From Octopus bimaculoides (Eukaryota), in assembly GCF_001194135.2 (NCBI RefSeq), contig NC_068981.1, forward strand, positions 27,649,232-27,705,821: a DNA stretch of 56,590 nucleotides, given 5' to 3'. Made by a program: the position numbers and the translations under genes. The notes under the pieces are model-generated. The model ran no database searches, had not been told where the DNA came from, and saw only the letters and a list, made by a program, of their open reading frames with translations. Positions 35,916-46,700 of the stretch are shown in pieces (positions within the stretch are counted from its first letter, which is position 1; each line of letters starts with the position of its first letter).

Positions 35916-36130
35916 ACTCTTTTACTCTTTTACTTGTTTCAGTCATTTGACTGCGGCCATGCTGGAGCACCACCTTTAGTCGAGCAAATCGACCCCAGGA
36001 CTTATTCTTTTGTAAGCCTAGTACTTATTCTATCGGTCTCTTTTGCCGAACCACTAAGTTACGGGGACGTAAACACACCAGCATCGGTTGTTAAGCGATG
36101 TTGGGGGGACAAACACAGACACACAAACAT

Positions 36131-36165
<35 letters not shown>

Positions 36166-36336
36166 CATATATACGACGGGCTTCTTTCAGTTTCCGTCTA
36201 CCAAATCCACTCACAAGGCTTTGGTCGGCCCGAGGCTATAGTAGAAGACACTTGCCCAAGGTGCCACGCAGTGGGACTGAACCCGGAACCATGTGGTTGG
36301 TAAGCAAGCTACATACCACACAGCCACTCCTGCGCC
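35916..36336 (-). mobile_element. SINE family A, full length
   Basis: tRNA-like head GGCGCAGGAGTGGCTGTGTGG...GGTTCAGTCCC, CORE-like CACCTTGGGCAAGTGTC, internal TA/GT microsatellite, (GTAAAAGA)n tail. Confidence 0.92.
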
Positions 36337-36419
36337 TATGCATGAATATATATGTCTTTGCTTCTCCTATGCTTCTTGGCCAGTGTATTACATATACTTA
36401 CCCTTGGGTAGTTCATTAT

Positions 36420-36560
36420 GGCGTTGAATTGGCCGAATGTTAGAGCATCAGACAGCATCCACCACTGTATATGTTCCAGTTCTCCGTGCACTCAGTTCAA
36501 ATCCGGGCCATGTCATCTTCGCCTTTCCTCCTTTCGGAATCAATAAAGAATGAGTGGGTT
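36420..36560 (+). mobile_element. Old decayed SINE family B copy
   Basis: GGCGTTGAATTGGCCGAATGTTAG...CAGTTCAAATCC...GCCTTTCCTCCTTTCGG. Confidence 0.45.
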
Positions 36561-37114
36561 AATGGAAGGTAAAACTTTTGGATCGGATACATTGCAATTT
36601 TTCGACTCGTTACGATCTGACTTCAAATCGCACTGTGACCTATTTAGGTTGCAATCTTAATTCATCGTCCGGGTTAACACAAACACTTGGCAACTTTAGT
36701 TAATTTCATTCTCGTGTAAATATTCGGGTTCGTTTTGTAGTTTAACGATACATTCCTCCTCATTTATTCACTAGTTCTGAAGTCTCCATACTGAGTGTGA
36801 GCACTACATCCTTTCCTGAGAAAAATTAAGAAAAATCAACACCAGGTACAACAAACGGGGTACAAAGAGATTTTATTTAACTTTTTCAGGTTGTCACCAG
36901 CAAAAATGAATCATTCATATGACAATCAATTTTGTTATTTGCATTCATTTCCTATCACCTAGTATTATTTAACAATGTTTATTATCAAGATAAATAGGGA
37001 TAAATAGCAGGCTTACCTGAGATAATTGCGTTATTGCATTTAAGTGTATTAGCTTATCTCTCAATATTAACCTGTTTTATATATAACTCTATACAAAACG
37101 GATTTTAGTAGTAG

Positions 37115-37153
<39 letters not shown>

Positions 37154-37754
37154 NNNNNNNNNNNNNNNNNNNNNNNNNNNNNNNNNNNNNNNNNNNNNNN
37201 NNNNNNNNNNNNNNNNNNNNNNNNNNNNNNNNNNNNNNNNNNNNNNNNNNNNNNNNNNNNNNNNNNNNNNNNNNNNNNNNNNNNNNNNNNNNNNNNNNNN
37301 NNNNNNNNNNNNNNNNNNNNNNNNNNNNNNNNNNNNNNNNNNNNNNNNNNNNNNNNNNNNNNNNNNNNNNNNNNNNNNNNNNNNNNNNNNNNNNNNNNNN
37401 NNNNNNNNNNNNNNNNNNNNNNNNNNNNNNNNNNNNNNNNNNNNNNNNNNNNNNNNNNNNNNNNNNNNNNNNNNNNNNNNNNNNNNNNNNNNNNNNNNNN
37501 NNNNNNNNNNNNNNNNNNNNNNNNNNNNNNNNNNNNNNNNNNNNNNNNNNNNNNNNNNNNNNNNNNNNNNNNNNNNNNNNNNNNNNNNNNNNNNNNNNNN
37601 NNNNNNNNNNNNNNNNNNNNNNNNNNNNNNNNNNNNNNNNNNNNNNNNNNNNNNNNNNNNNNNNNNNNNNNNNNNNNNNNNNNNNNNNNNNNNNNNNNNN
37701 NNNNNNNNNNNNNNNNNNNNNNNNNNNNNNNNNNNNNNNNNNNNNNNNNNATAT

Positions 37755-38132
37755 ACTCTTTTACTCGTTTACTTGTTTCAGTCATTTGACTGCGGCCATG
37801 CTGGAAGACCGTCTTCAGTCGAGCAAATCGCCCCCCCCATAACTTATTCTATCGGTCTCTTTTGCCGAACTGCTATGTGTTACGGGGACGTAAACACACC
37901 AGATTGTCAAGTGATGTTGAGGGGACAAACACAGACACAGAAACACATATACATACATACATACATACACGACGAGTATCTTTCAGTTTCCGTCTACCAA
38001 ATCCACTCACAAGGCTTTGGTCGGGCCGAGGCTATAGAAAAAGACACCTGCCCAAGATGCCACGCAGTGGGACTGAACCCAGAAACTTGTGGTTGGTAAG
38101 CAAGCTACTTACCACACACCCACTCCTGCGCC
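37755..38132 (-). mobile_element. SINE family A, full length
   Basis: Collinear with 35916-36336. Confidence 0.9.
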
Positions 38133-38985
38133 TATTCATAATTATTTCTCTACATCTGAAATATATTTCAACAAGCTTGCCTGTACGGTTGTCTGTGTAG
38201 ATCATTGCGGATTTTCGAAGATCAGCCTAAAATATTTTCTTGTGATGTGTTTAACGTGAATTTCAGTTTTGCTTATCGAATTCCAACAAGTAGTATGAAC
38301 CCTACTAGACTCCCATAAATGTTCGTGAAAAGGGGCTAAGACCATTTTGATAACGTAAGCTTTACCCTTCACACTTTTGAAATCGATATGTTGATTTTGA
38401 AGCTAGAATTTTAATTCAGTATAAAGGACTGATGAAAACAGTACTTAATTATTTACGTTTCTTTGCTTAATTTAGTACTTTGTAATTGTGAACCTTGCTT
38501 TAAAAACATCCTCGAATTTAATTGTATTGACCACCTAGCTTGTTCAAATTAACGGTCACGTAAAGTCAAAAATCACATAAATGAATATTTATCTTTATCC
38601 GTCCATTTAACCGCTTCGTGTGTTAGGTGAAATGTATAGGTAATAGTTTCGGAGCAATAAAAGCAGTTCGTAATTAAGGCAAGATTTTAAATCGAATACC
38701 GTGACAGATCAATAGCACATATGGTTCATAGTGTGAGGCTGAACCAGTTTGATCTGGTGTCTCTAGTCGACAACAACGTCAGAAAATATAGAATAAATGT
38801 TATAAAGTACATTGAAATGCTAATAGTGCATAACAGAACAATATTATAGAGTCAAATACCGATCGTATTTAGAAACAATATTTTCAGAAGCATTTTAGCA
38901 TAAATTTGTTTTTAGATTCTTGGCTTTTCAATATCCCTGGTGTCGCATCACAAGATCTTTAATTCAACAGACAATAAAACATACA

Positions 38986-39069
38986 TTACGTCAGTCTTTA
39001 TGTCAGACATGACGTAAGATTCCCCCCCAAAATGGCGTTAGACATCATATTTTGTTTTTCTATAAATAG
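38986..39069 (+). promoter_or_regulatory. Candidate Pol II promoter/enhancer: two CRE-like sites, YY1, MEF2/TATA
   Basis: TTACGTCA 38986, TGACGTAA 39010, CAAAATGGCG 39028, CTATAAATAG 39060. Confidence 0.3.
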
Positions 39070-40609
39070 TTCATTTTTCATCCGACCGGTGAACACACAG
39101 GCAAAAATGAACAGGAAAGATGCATTGAATGAATATTTGATTTCTTAGCTAACTTGAATAATACAAATAAACAAATAAAAAAAAAAACATGATGATGATG
39201 ATGATGATGACGATGATTTCATTTCTACCGTCGGAAAATATTTGCGAGATTTCAAAGCGGATGACAATAAATCACAGCATTACATATGTTGACGACTGAT
39301 CAATGGACGTATCCTAGATGGTCTTTTATTTATTTATTTATTCATTTATTTATTTTTATTTTTAGTTCCATTCTCTAGTTTTCTTTCTTACATCCTTCCT
39401 TCCTCCTCCTCCTTCCTCCTCCCCCAACACTTTTCTTGTCTCATAGCGTCTCTCCTTTCGCAGTAGTATTTCTCACAGATCGAACAAGAAGAAAACAAAC
39501 AAAAAAAAAAAAGAAAGAAATATCACGATGCAAAGTTTAAGTATTGAATAAAAACGAACGCACAATTGTGACCCGATACTCCATCATTCTTATATTGTAT
39601 TGCCCTTCCGGCTCTTTGTCCAAAATACCGCTGAACTTTTCGCTATAACGATTGCTTTTATAGTAGTTTTGGTAGAGTGTGCGCCCGCGGTTGTAATCAT
39701 TTTTGTGGTCAATGTGGACATAGTATGCGACAGAATGATGAATTCTGCTATGATAATGTTTATCGTTCTTTTCGCCTTCCGTCTTTTGTTGGCGCGTNNN
39801 NNNNNNNNNNNNNNNNNNNNNNNNNNNNNNNNNNNNNNNNNNNNNNNNNNNNNNNNNNNNNNNNNNNNNNNNNNNNNNNNNNNNNNNNNNNNNNNNNNNN
39901 NNNNNNNNNNNNNNNNNNNNNNNNNNNNNNNNNNNNNNNNNNNNNNNNNNNNNNNNNNNNNNNNNNNNNNNNNNNNNNNNNNNNNNNNNNNNNNNNNNNN
40001 NNNNNNNNNCCACCACCACCACCACCACCACCACCACTCTTCATCTATATTTTGATTTTCGCTACTTCCATCCGCTTCTGCTTGGAAAATACGCTGGCTA
40101 GAAAGAAAGAATGAAAAGCAGAAAGAAAGAGAGAAAGGAAGAAAGAGAGAATGCAGGAGGGGTTGAATAAAAGAAAAATAAACAAAATAATATCGATTAG
40201 GTTCGTTCGTATGAATATAAAAGACTGATAGAATGGCAGAAATGCTGACAGAGATATTGAAGCAGATAGAAAGATAGATTAATAAAATATCGGACGAGAC
40301 AGAGTAAAGGTTAAGATCACAATGGTCACAGTACTGGTGCTAGTATAATAATGGCGGTGGAGAGCATACGGGCAGCAGAAATACTGAATTTCCAATAAAG
40401 AAATAGCAAAGACAGAATGTCGACTTAGTGATAAATAAACAAACAAAAAAAATGATGTAGACAACAAACACAAGAAAAGAAAGAAGCGGATAGTAATGAA
40501 AAGTACAGTGGATCACCAAAAATAATCATAGAAAGAATGAAGTGATATATATATGTGTGTATGTACGTGTGTATGTAGCTACGTAAGTTTGTATGTATGA
40601 CTCTTCTGT

Positions 40610-40940
40610 ATTTAAGCATTTAAATTCTTCCTCTGAAGAAGGAACCGCTTTCTAACAAAGATACAAAGCTCCATCTTTGGAATGTTGATAAAGAAAACAA
40701 TGTCACATTTTAAACCTGAAGAAAGTCTGGCATAGGTTTACTGTTCCATTTACAGATTGTATTTGTAATGTGTGAATCCGTCGATTGATTTCTTTTTCTG
40801 AAAATCCAAGCTGATCCAGAATGACAATTAGGTATTTACTTACAAAACCAAGTGCTCCAATTATTATTCGTATAAATTGTCACTTTGTAATCCAAGTATA
40901 GATGCTGGAAGTTTCAAGGTAGTTGCCCATAGTTAACTCC
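40610..40940 (-). mobile_element. RLE-type non-LTR retrotransposon 3' end (R4/HERO/NeSL-like, family distinct from the Dong copies)
   Basis: IIIGALGFVSKYL...LGFSEKEINRRIHTLQIQSVNGTVNLCQTFFRFKM-stop, followed by a 3' UTR. Confidence 0.7.
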
Positions 40941-41183
40941 TTTCGCTTTGATTTTCAAAGTGATATTCACATTAATAGGACAGCTTACCTCTTGACGGTA
41001 AATACTTTCTTTTGTCTGTCCTATACAAGAATAACCGGCCTGTTATGCTGCATGATGGGTATTCCTTGTACAAGCATTTGTGCACGTATTCAATAACAGG
41101 TGGATGCTCTACATTTATTCCGAAAGCATCGTATATATATTTTGTTTCGAAACGTCATGTATGTATGTATGTATGTATGTATG

Positions 41184-41504
41184 AGATACGGCACTTTGAT
41201 GTAAAACACTTTGCTCTAAACCATTTTAGACTAAGACACTTTGGTCTAAGCATTTTCGTCTAAAGACAAAAAGGATTATTAGAGTATAGTTATTTAGATC
41301 TCTTACATTTTTTTTTTTAGATTCTATTGACAAAACAGATTTTAGACCAAAGTGAGTTTAGACAAAAGTGTCATCATACTAAAGGGTATTTAGACAAAAA
41401 TGTCTTTAGACTGTAGTGTATTTATACAAATGTCAGTTTATGCCAAAGTTCTTTAGACCGTAGCGCATTAGACCGAAGTGTTTTAGACGAAAAGTCCTAG
41501 ATCC
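41184..41504. mobile_element. Foldback/Mutator-like MITE with modular TIRs
   Basis: Left arm: arrays of CACTTTGGTCTAA-like units; right arm: TTTAGACCAAAGTG-like units; GTATGTATG (9 bp) on both flanks. Confidence 0.7.
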
Positions 41505-41718
41505 GTATGTATGTCTGTATGTATGTATGCATTATACATGCACATGCATGAAGATATGTGTATATATATGTGAGGAGAAGAGTGTGCGTGTATTAAATGA
41601 AGTGTTAGGCAGTCGTGGTGTGCAAATTAGTACCTCCAGTTCTCTGAAGCTACTGAATTTGTTGTGTATGTAAGCAGACTGGATGACTATTTCTGATAAC
41701 GATGTGTTAAGTGATGTA

Positions 41719-41768
41719 GACGCCTCTGATGAGAGCTGAATATGTTTCGAAAATCGATTAAGGTTGTT
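41719..41768 (+). ncRNA. Minimal type I hammerhead ribozyme motif
   Basis: GCCU-CUGAUGA-GAGC[UGAAUAU]GUUUC-GAA-AAUCGAUU-A^AGGU: intact core, G10.1-C11.1 pair, palindromic stem III, UUA site, 4-bp stem I. Confidence 0.6.
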
Positions 41769-41846
41769 CATAATTGTTTTTCTATCTATGGAGAAACAGT
41801 TTGTCATTTGTCATGTTTGTATATCTACAATGCATGCTCATATATA

Positions 41847-41890
<44 letters not shown>

Positions 41891-42505
41891 TAGGTAGATA
41901 GATACATAAGTATTTGCGCGTATGTATGCGCATAAATACATACATTTACATATAGACACAATTGTGTCTGTGTTTCCTTTGGTGAATTTTTTATTTTCTA
42001 TTACACACGAAATGTTTCAACAACATTTAATATTCGGTTCATTGTCAAATAAAATAAACTTAGGAATATTCACTTCCATAGAAAGTCGGGGACTTAATAA
42101 ACAGCCGAGTTGTTTCGAGTGACTTTGTCTCTTCATCCATGCACATATTTCATGTTGAGCAAGAGTCGATGCCATAGCTTGATTTGCTGCAATGAATGCT
42201 AACGTTCTGTAGTTTAATCACTAAGCTGTGGGCAGGTGTTGCTGCTTCAAAATCGTAACTATTGCTTTGAAGTAAAATCCTAAGTACTGCTAAAGATAGT
42301 TTGTAAAATAGATTACATGTCATCTTTCTTTACGTGCTTGGCGAAGAAAGATTCTTATCACGTGACCTAAGTTATTCGTAGGGCGAATAGAAGGATATTC
42401 ACTCAAATTTTTTTTTTAAATCGGTACGGTGATTTCCAATTTGCTAAGCTAGACAATTGCCCTCTTAAAACTAGTCCTCTCTTAAAACAACCAGAAACAC
42501 ACACA

Positions 42506-42567
<62 letters not shown>

Positions 42568-43107
42568 NNNNNNNNNNNNNNNNNNNNNNNNNNNNNNNNN
42601 NNNNNNNNNNNNNNNNNNNNNNNNNNNNNNNNNNNNNNNNNNNNNNNNNNNNNNNNNNNNNNNNNNNNNNNNNNNNNNNNNNNNNNNNNNNNNNNNNNNN
42701 NNNNNNNNNNNNNNNNNNNNNNNNNNNNNNNNNNNNNNNNNNNNNNNNNNNNNNNNNNNNNNNNNNNNNNNNNNNNNNNNNNNNNNNNNNNNNNNNNNNN
42801 NNNNNNNNNNNNNNNNNNNNNNNNNNNNNNNNNNNNNNNNNNNNNNNNNNNNNNNNNNNNNNNNNNNNNNNNNNNNNNNNNNNNNNNNNNNNNNNNNNNN
42901 NNNNNNNNNNNNNNNNNNNNNNNNNNNNNNNNNNNNNNNNNNNNNNNNNNNNNNNNNNNNNNNNNNNNNNNNNNNNNNNNNNNNNNNNNNNNNNNNNNNN
43001 NNNNNNNNNNNNNNNNNNNNNNNNNNNNNNNNNNNNNNNNNNNNNNNNNNNNNNNNNNNNNNNNNNNNNNNNNNNNNNNNNNNNNNNNNNNNNNNNNNNN
43101 NNNNNNN

Positions 43108-43240
43108 CTATCGGTCTCCTTTTCTATCAGTCCCCTTCTGCTGAATTGCTAAACACTCACAACACCCGGTCTGGGAATCGAAACCACGATCCTCCGACCG
43201 CGAGTCCGCTGCCCTAACCACTGGGCCATTGCGCCTCCAC
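43108..43240 (-). mobile_element. SINE family C (tRNA-Arg-like head)
   Basis: GGAGGCGCAATGGCCCAGTGGTTAGGGCAGCGGACTCGCGGTCGGAGGATCGTGGTTTCGATTCCC; A and B boxes, no acceptor stem. Confidence 0.8.
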
Positions 43241-43244
43241 ATAT

Positions 43245-43360
43245 TTTCTTTGACTCATTTCATTCAATGGATTGTGGCCATGCTAGTGCACTGACTTGAA
43301 GGGTTTAGTCGAATAATTCACCCCAGTTCTTATTATTTTAAAGTTCAGTGCTTACCCAAT
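43245..43360 (-). mobile_element. Decayed SINE-A-type 3' tail
   Basis: TTTCATTCAATGGATTGTGGCCATGCTAGTGCAC...TTTAGTCGAATAATTCACCCCAG. Confidence 0.6.
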
Positions 43361-43642
43361 CCTTGTAAGTGTATATAAAATTCTCGAACGGCGTTTTCGG
43401 ACGATGACAGTCTTCGTCTGCCTTTTTGTAGAAAACGATGTGCTTTGATTACTGTATTACGGCATTTTAGCTCTTATTTCTTATTGCAATGTAAGCGATT
43501 ATAACACCGTAGGAGCAATCAGTGAGAATTAAAGTTTTCCTCTTTGGCAAAACATTGCAAACTACTATTTTAATTTTATATATGCCTGCGTGTGTGTGTA
43601 TGTGAGTGTGTGTATGTATGTGTGTGTATACGTATGTATGTA

Positions 43643-43689
<47 letters not shown>

Positions 43690-44813
43690 NNNNNNNNNNN
43701 NNNNNNNNNNNNNNNNNNNNNNNNNNNNNNNNNNNNNNNNNNNNNNNNNNNNNNNNNNNNNNNNNNNNNNNNNNNNNNNNNNNNNNNNNNNNNNNNNNNN
43801 NNNNNNNNNNNNNNNNNNNNNNNNNNNNNNNNNNNNNNNNNNNNNNNNNNNNNNNNNNNNNNNNNNNNNNNNNNNNNNNNNNNNNNNNNNNNNNNNNNNN
43901 NNNNNNNNNNNNNNNNNNNNNNNNNNNNNNNNNNNNNNNNNNNNNNNNNNNNNNNNNNNNNNNNNNNNNNNNNNNNNNNNNNNNNNNNNNNNNNNNNNNN
44001 NNNNNNNNNNNNNNNNNNNNNNNNNNNNNNNNNNNNNNNNNNNNNNNNNNNNNNNNNNNNNNNNNNNNNNNNNNNNNNNNNNNNNNNNNNNNNNNNNNNN
44101 NNNNNNNNNNNNNNNNNNNNNNNNNNNNNNNNNNNNNNNNNNNNNNNNNNNNNNNNNNNNNNNNNNNNNNNNNNNNNNNNNNNNNNNNNNNNNNNNNNNN
44201 NNNNNNNNNNNNNNNNNNNNNNNNNNNNNNNNNNNNNNNNNNNNNNNNNNNNNNNNNNNNNNNNNNNNNNNNNNNNNNNNNNNNNNNNNNNNNNNNNNNN
44301 NNNNNNNNNNNNNNNNNNNNNNNNNNNNNNNNNNNNNNNNNNNNNNNNNNNNNNNNNNNNNNNNNNNNNNNNNNNNNNNNNNNNNNNNNNNNNNNNNNNN
44401 NNNNNNNNNNNNNNNNNNNNNNNNNNNNNNNNNNNNNNNNNNNNNNNNNNNNNNNNNNNNNNNNNNNNNNNNNNNNNNNNNNNNNNNNNNNNNNNNNNNN
44501 NNNNNNNNNNNNNNNNNNNNNNNNNNNNNNNNNNNNNNNNNNNNNNNNNNNNNNNNNNNNNNNNNNNNNNNNNNNNNNNNNNNNNNNNNNNNNNNNNNNN
44601 NNNNNNNNNNNNNNNNNNNNNNNNNNNNATATATATATATATATATATATATATATACGTTTCTATATTCGCATTGCAAGATTCTTGATGATGTGAATTT
44701 GTGTGTTGAAACAGATATTGTATTAGTGGATGGTCATGTTGTCAGTTTAGACAATAAAACCACACACACTATATATTTGGTGTTCACTTGCTTCAGCTTT
44801 GTTGTATATTGAG

Positions 44814-45023
44814 TGTATTTCGGCCAGAATTTTTCGTCACACTTCTGCGACCTTATCAGTGGTCTTTGGCTTTTTTTCTTTCTTTTTTATGTGTCTATCC
44901 TTACTAATGATCTGCCGTTTCTATTCCCAGCAGTTGGGAATACAAAATGGCAGACCATTAGTAAAGAGAGACACACAAATAAAGGTCACAGAAGTGTGAC
45001 GAAAGAACTCTGGCCGAAATACA
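44814..45023. repeat. 210-bp fold-back hairpin with an asymmetric bulge
   Basis: Outer stem TGTATTTCGGCCAGA...GACCTT, inner stem TGTGTCT...TATTCCCA, loop GCAGT (44930-44934). Confidence 0.85.
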
Positions 45024-45359
45024 GTTAACATAAAATAAAGCTGAAGTCAGATGTTCTATCATTGAATCAATGCTATATTTCGAATTCCTTTTAATCCATT
45101 TTAGACGTTTTATACTTACCAATACTTACATGCTATTATTTGTGGTTTTACATCCATGCATCCATCCATAAACATACAAATGTGTGTCTGTGAGTGTGTG
45201 TGTGCGCACGCACACTCACATGTTTATATGTATGCATATATGTACCTATGCATGTATCTATGCATGTATGCATGCATATTAACGGACTAAAGAAATGCCG
45301 AAAGTCAACGTGCGTTTGATGGTTGTGGGTGAGGTGTATCTAGATTTTGTAATTCCTAG

Positions 45360-46093
45360 TTTGTGTTACTGCTAGTAGTCGAAGCTGTAGTTCTTGTTAA
45401 TGTTCGTATAGCTGTTGTTCTGTTGGTATTATAAATTGTGATGGTACTGCTGGTGTAGGTGACGGTATGTTGATGGCGATGGCGATAGAAATGGTGGTGG
45501 TAGCGTTGTTGTTGGTGGTGGTGGTGATGGTGGTGGTAATTGCCGTCGGCGTGGTCGTCGTAGTTTTTGTGATGTTTGTAAAAGAGATGGTCATCTCCAG
45601 TTGCGCTCGTGTTGTATGGTGTTGTTAAGGAAATAATTGAGATATTGGCTGTGTGCTGCCTAAGTGTGACAGAACTAAGTTCATCATTCATCCATACATA
45701 GCCAGAACCTGTCATTAGGGCCAGCCTGTCCATCTATCACCTTATCGTCCACAAATTTTGACACCCTTGGCTATTGAATTGCTGTGACAGTGATAAACGA
45801 GTTGGTCTTAAGCCATCCTTAGATAGAGCTGCCTTCCTCTTTCTAGCTCTTGTCATTGCTGCTATCCTTGTAGATCTGGTTGCTATTGTAGATGTTGTTG
45901 CCGTTAGTATTGATGCTCTTGTTGTTGTTGGCAGCGTTGTTGTTGCTGTTGTTGTTGTTGTTGATGATGATGATGATGATGATGATGATGACGATGATGA
46001 CGACGACGATGACGATGATACCTGTAACGATGATGATGAAGATGATGGTGGTGGTGGTGGTGGTGGTGGTGGTGGTGGTTTTGGTGGTAGCAA

Positions 46094-46126
<33 letters not shown>

Positions 46127-46204
46127 NNNNNNNNNNNNNNNNNNNNNNNNNNNNNNNNNNNNNGCAATAGTAGTAGTAGTAGTAGTAGTAGTAGTAGCAG
46201 TAGC

Positions 46205-46244
<40 letters not shown>

Positions 46245-46256
46245 ATGAGATGATGT

Positions 46257-46287
<31 letters not shown>

Positions 46288-46322
46288 AGTGGCGGTGGTG
46301 GCGGTGGTGATGATGATGTTGT

Positions 46323-46369
<47 letters not shown>

Positions 46370-46622
46370 ATTATACCAGCGATGGCGATGACGTTGTTAT
46401 TGATGACGAATTTGAAGATTATGGTCATGATGCTTATGATGATGACGACGACGTCGGAAACAACAGCGATGAAGATTATGTACTTACTGGTGATGTCAAT
46501 GCTTGTATATCGGAAGAGTCGCCGATGCTGCTCTTGTTGGTGCCATTCTTCTTCTTCTTCTTCTTCTTCTTCTTCTTCTTCTTCTTCTTCTTCTTCTTCT
46601 TCTTCTTCTTCTTCTTCTTCTT

Positions 46623-46660
<38 letters not shown>

Positions 46661-46700
46661 GATATAGCCAGAACGACGTTAACTATGGCGACAACGAAGA
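45360..46700. repeat. Mosaic of trinucleotide microsatellites (GTT, GAT, GGT, AGT, TTC, CTA)
   Basis: Direct reading; source of the homopolymer ORFs in the track. Confidence 0.9.

Noticed and set aside
38713-38728. TAGCACATATGGTT resembling miR-15a
   Set aside because: Seed differs, the family is not expected in molluscs, and the fold is not a pre-miRNA
41184-41504. Short regularly spaced repeats suggestive of a CRISPR array
   Set aside because: No unique spacers, arms are inverted, eukaryotic context, no cas genes
43165-43240. Possible tRNA-Arg gene
   Set aside because: A and B boxes are present, but there is no acceptor stem and it runs into SINE body sequence; it is a SINE head
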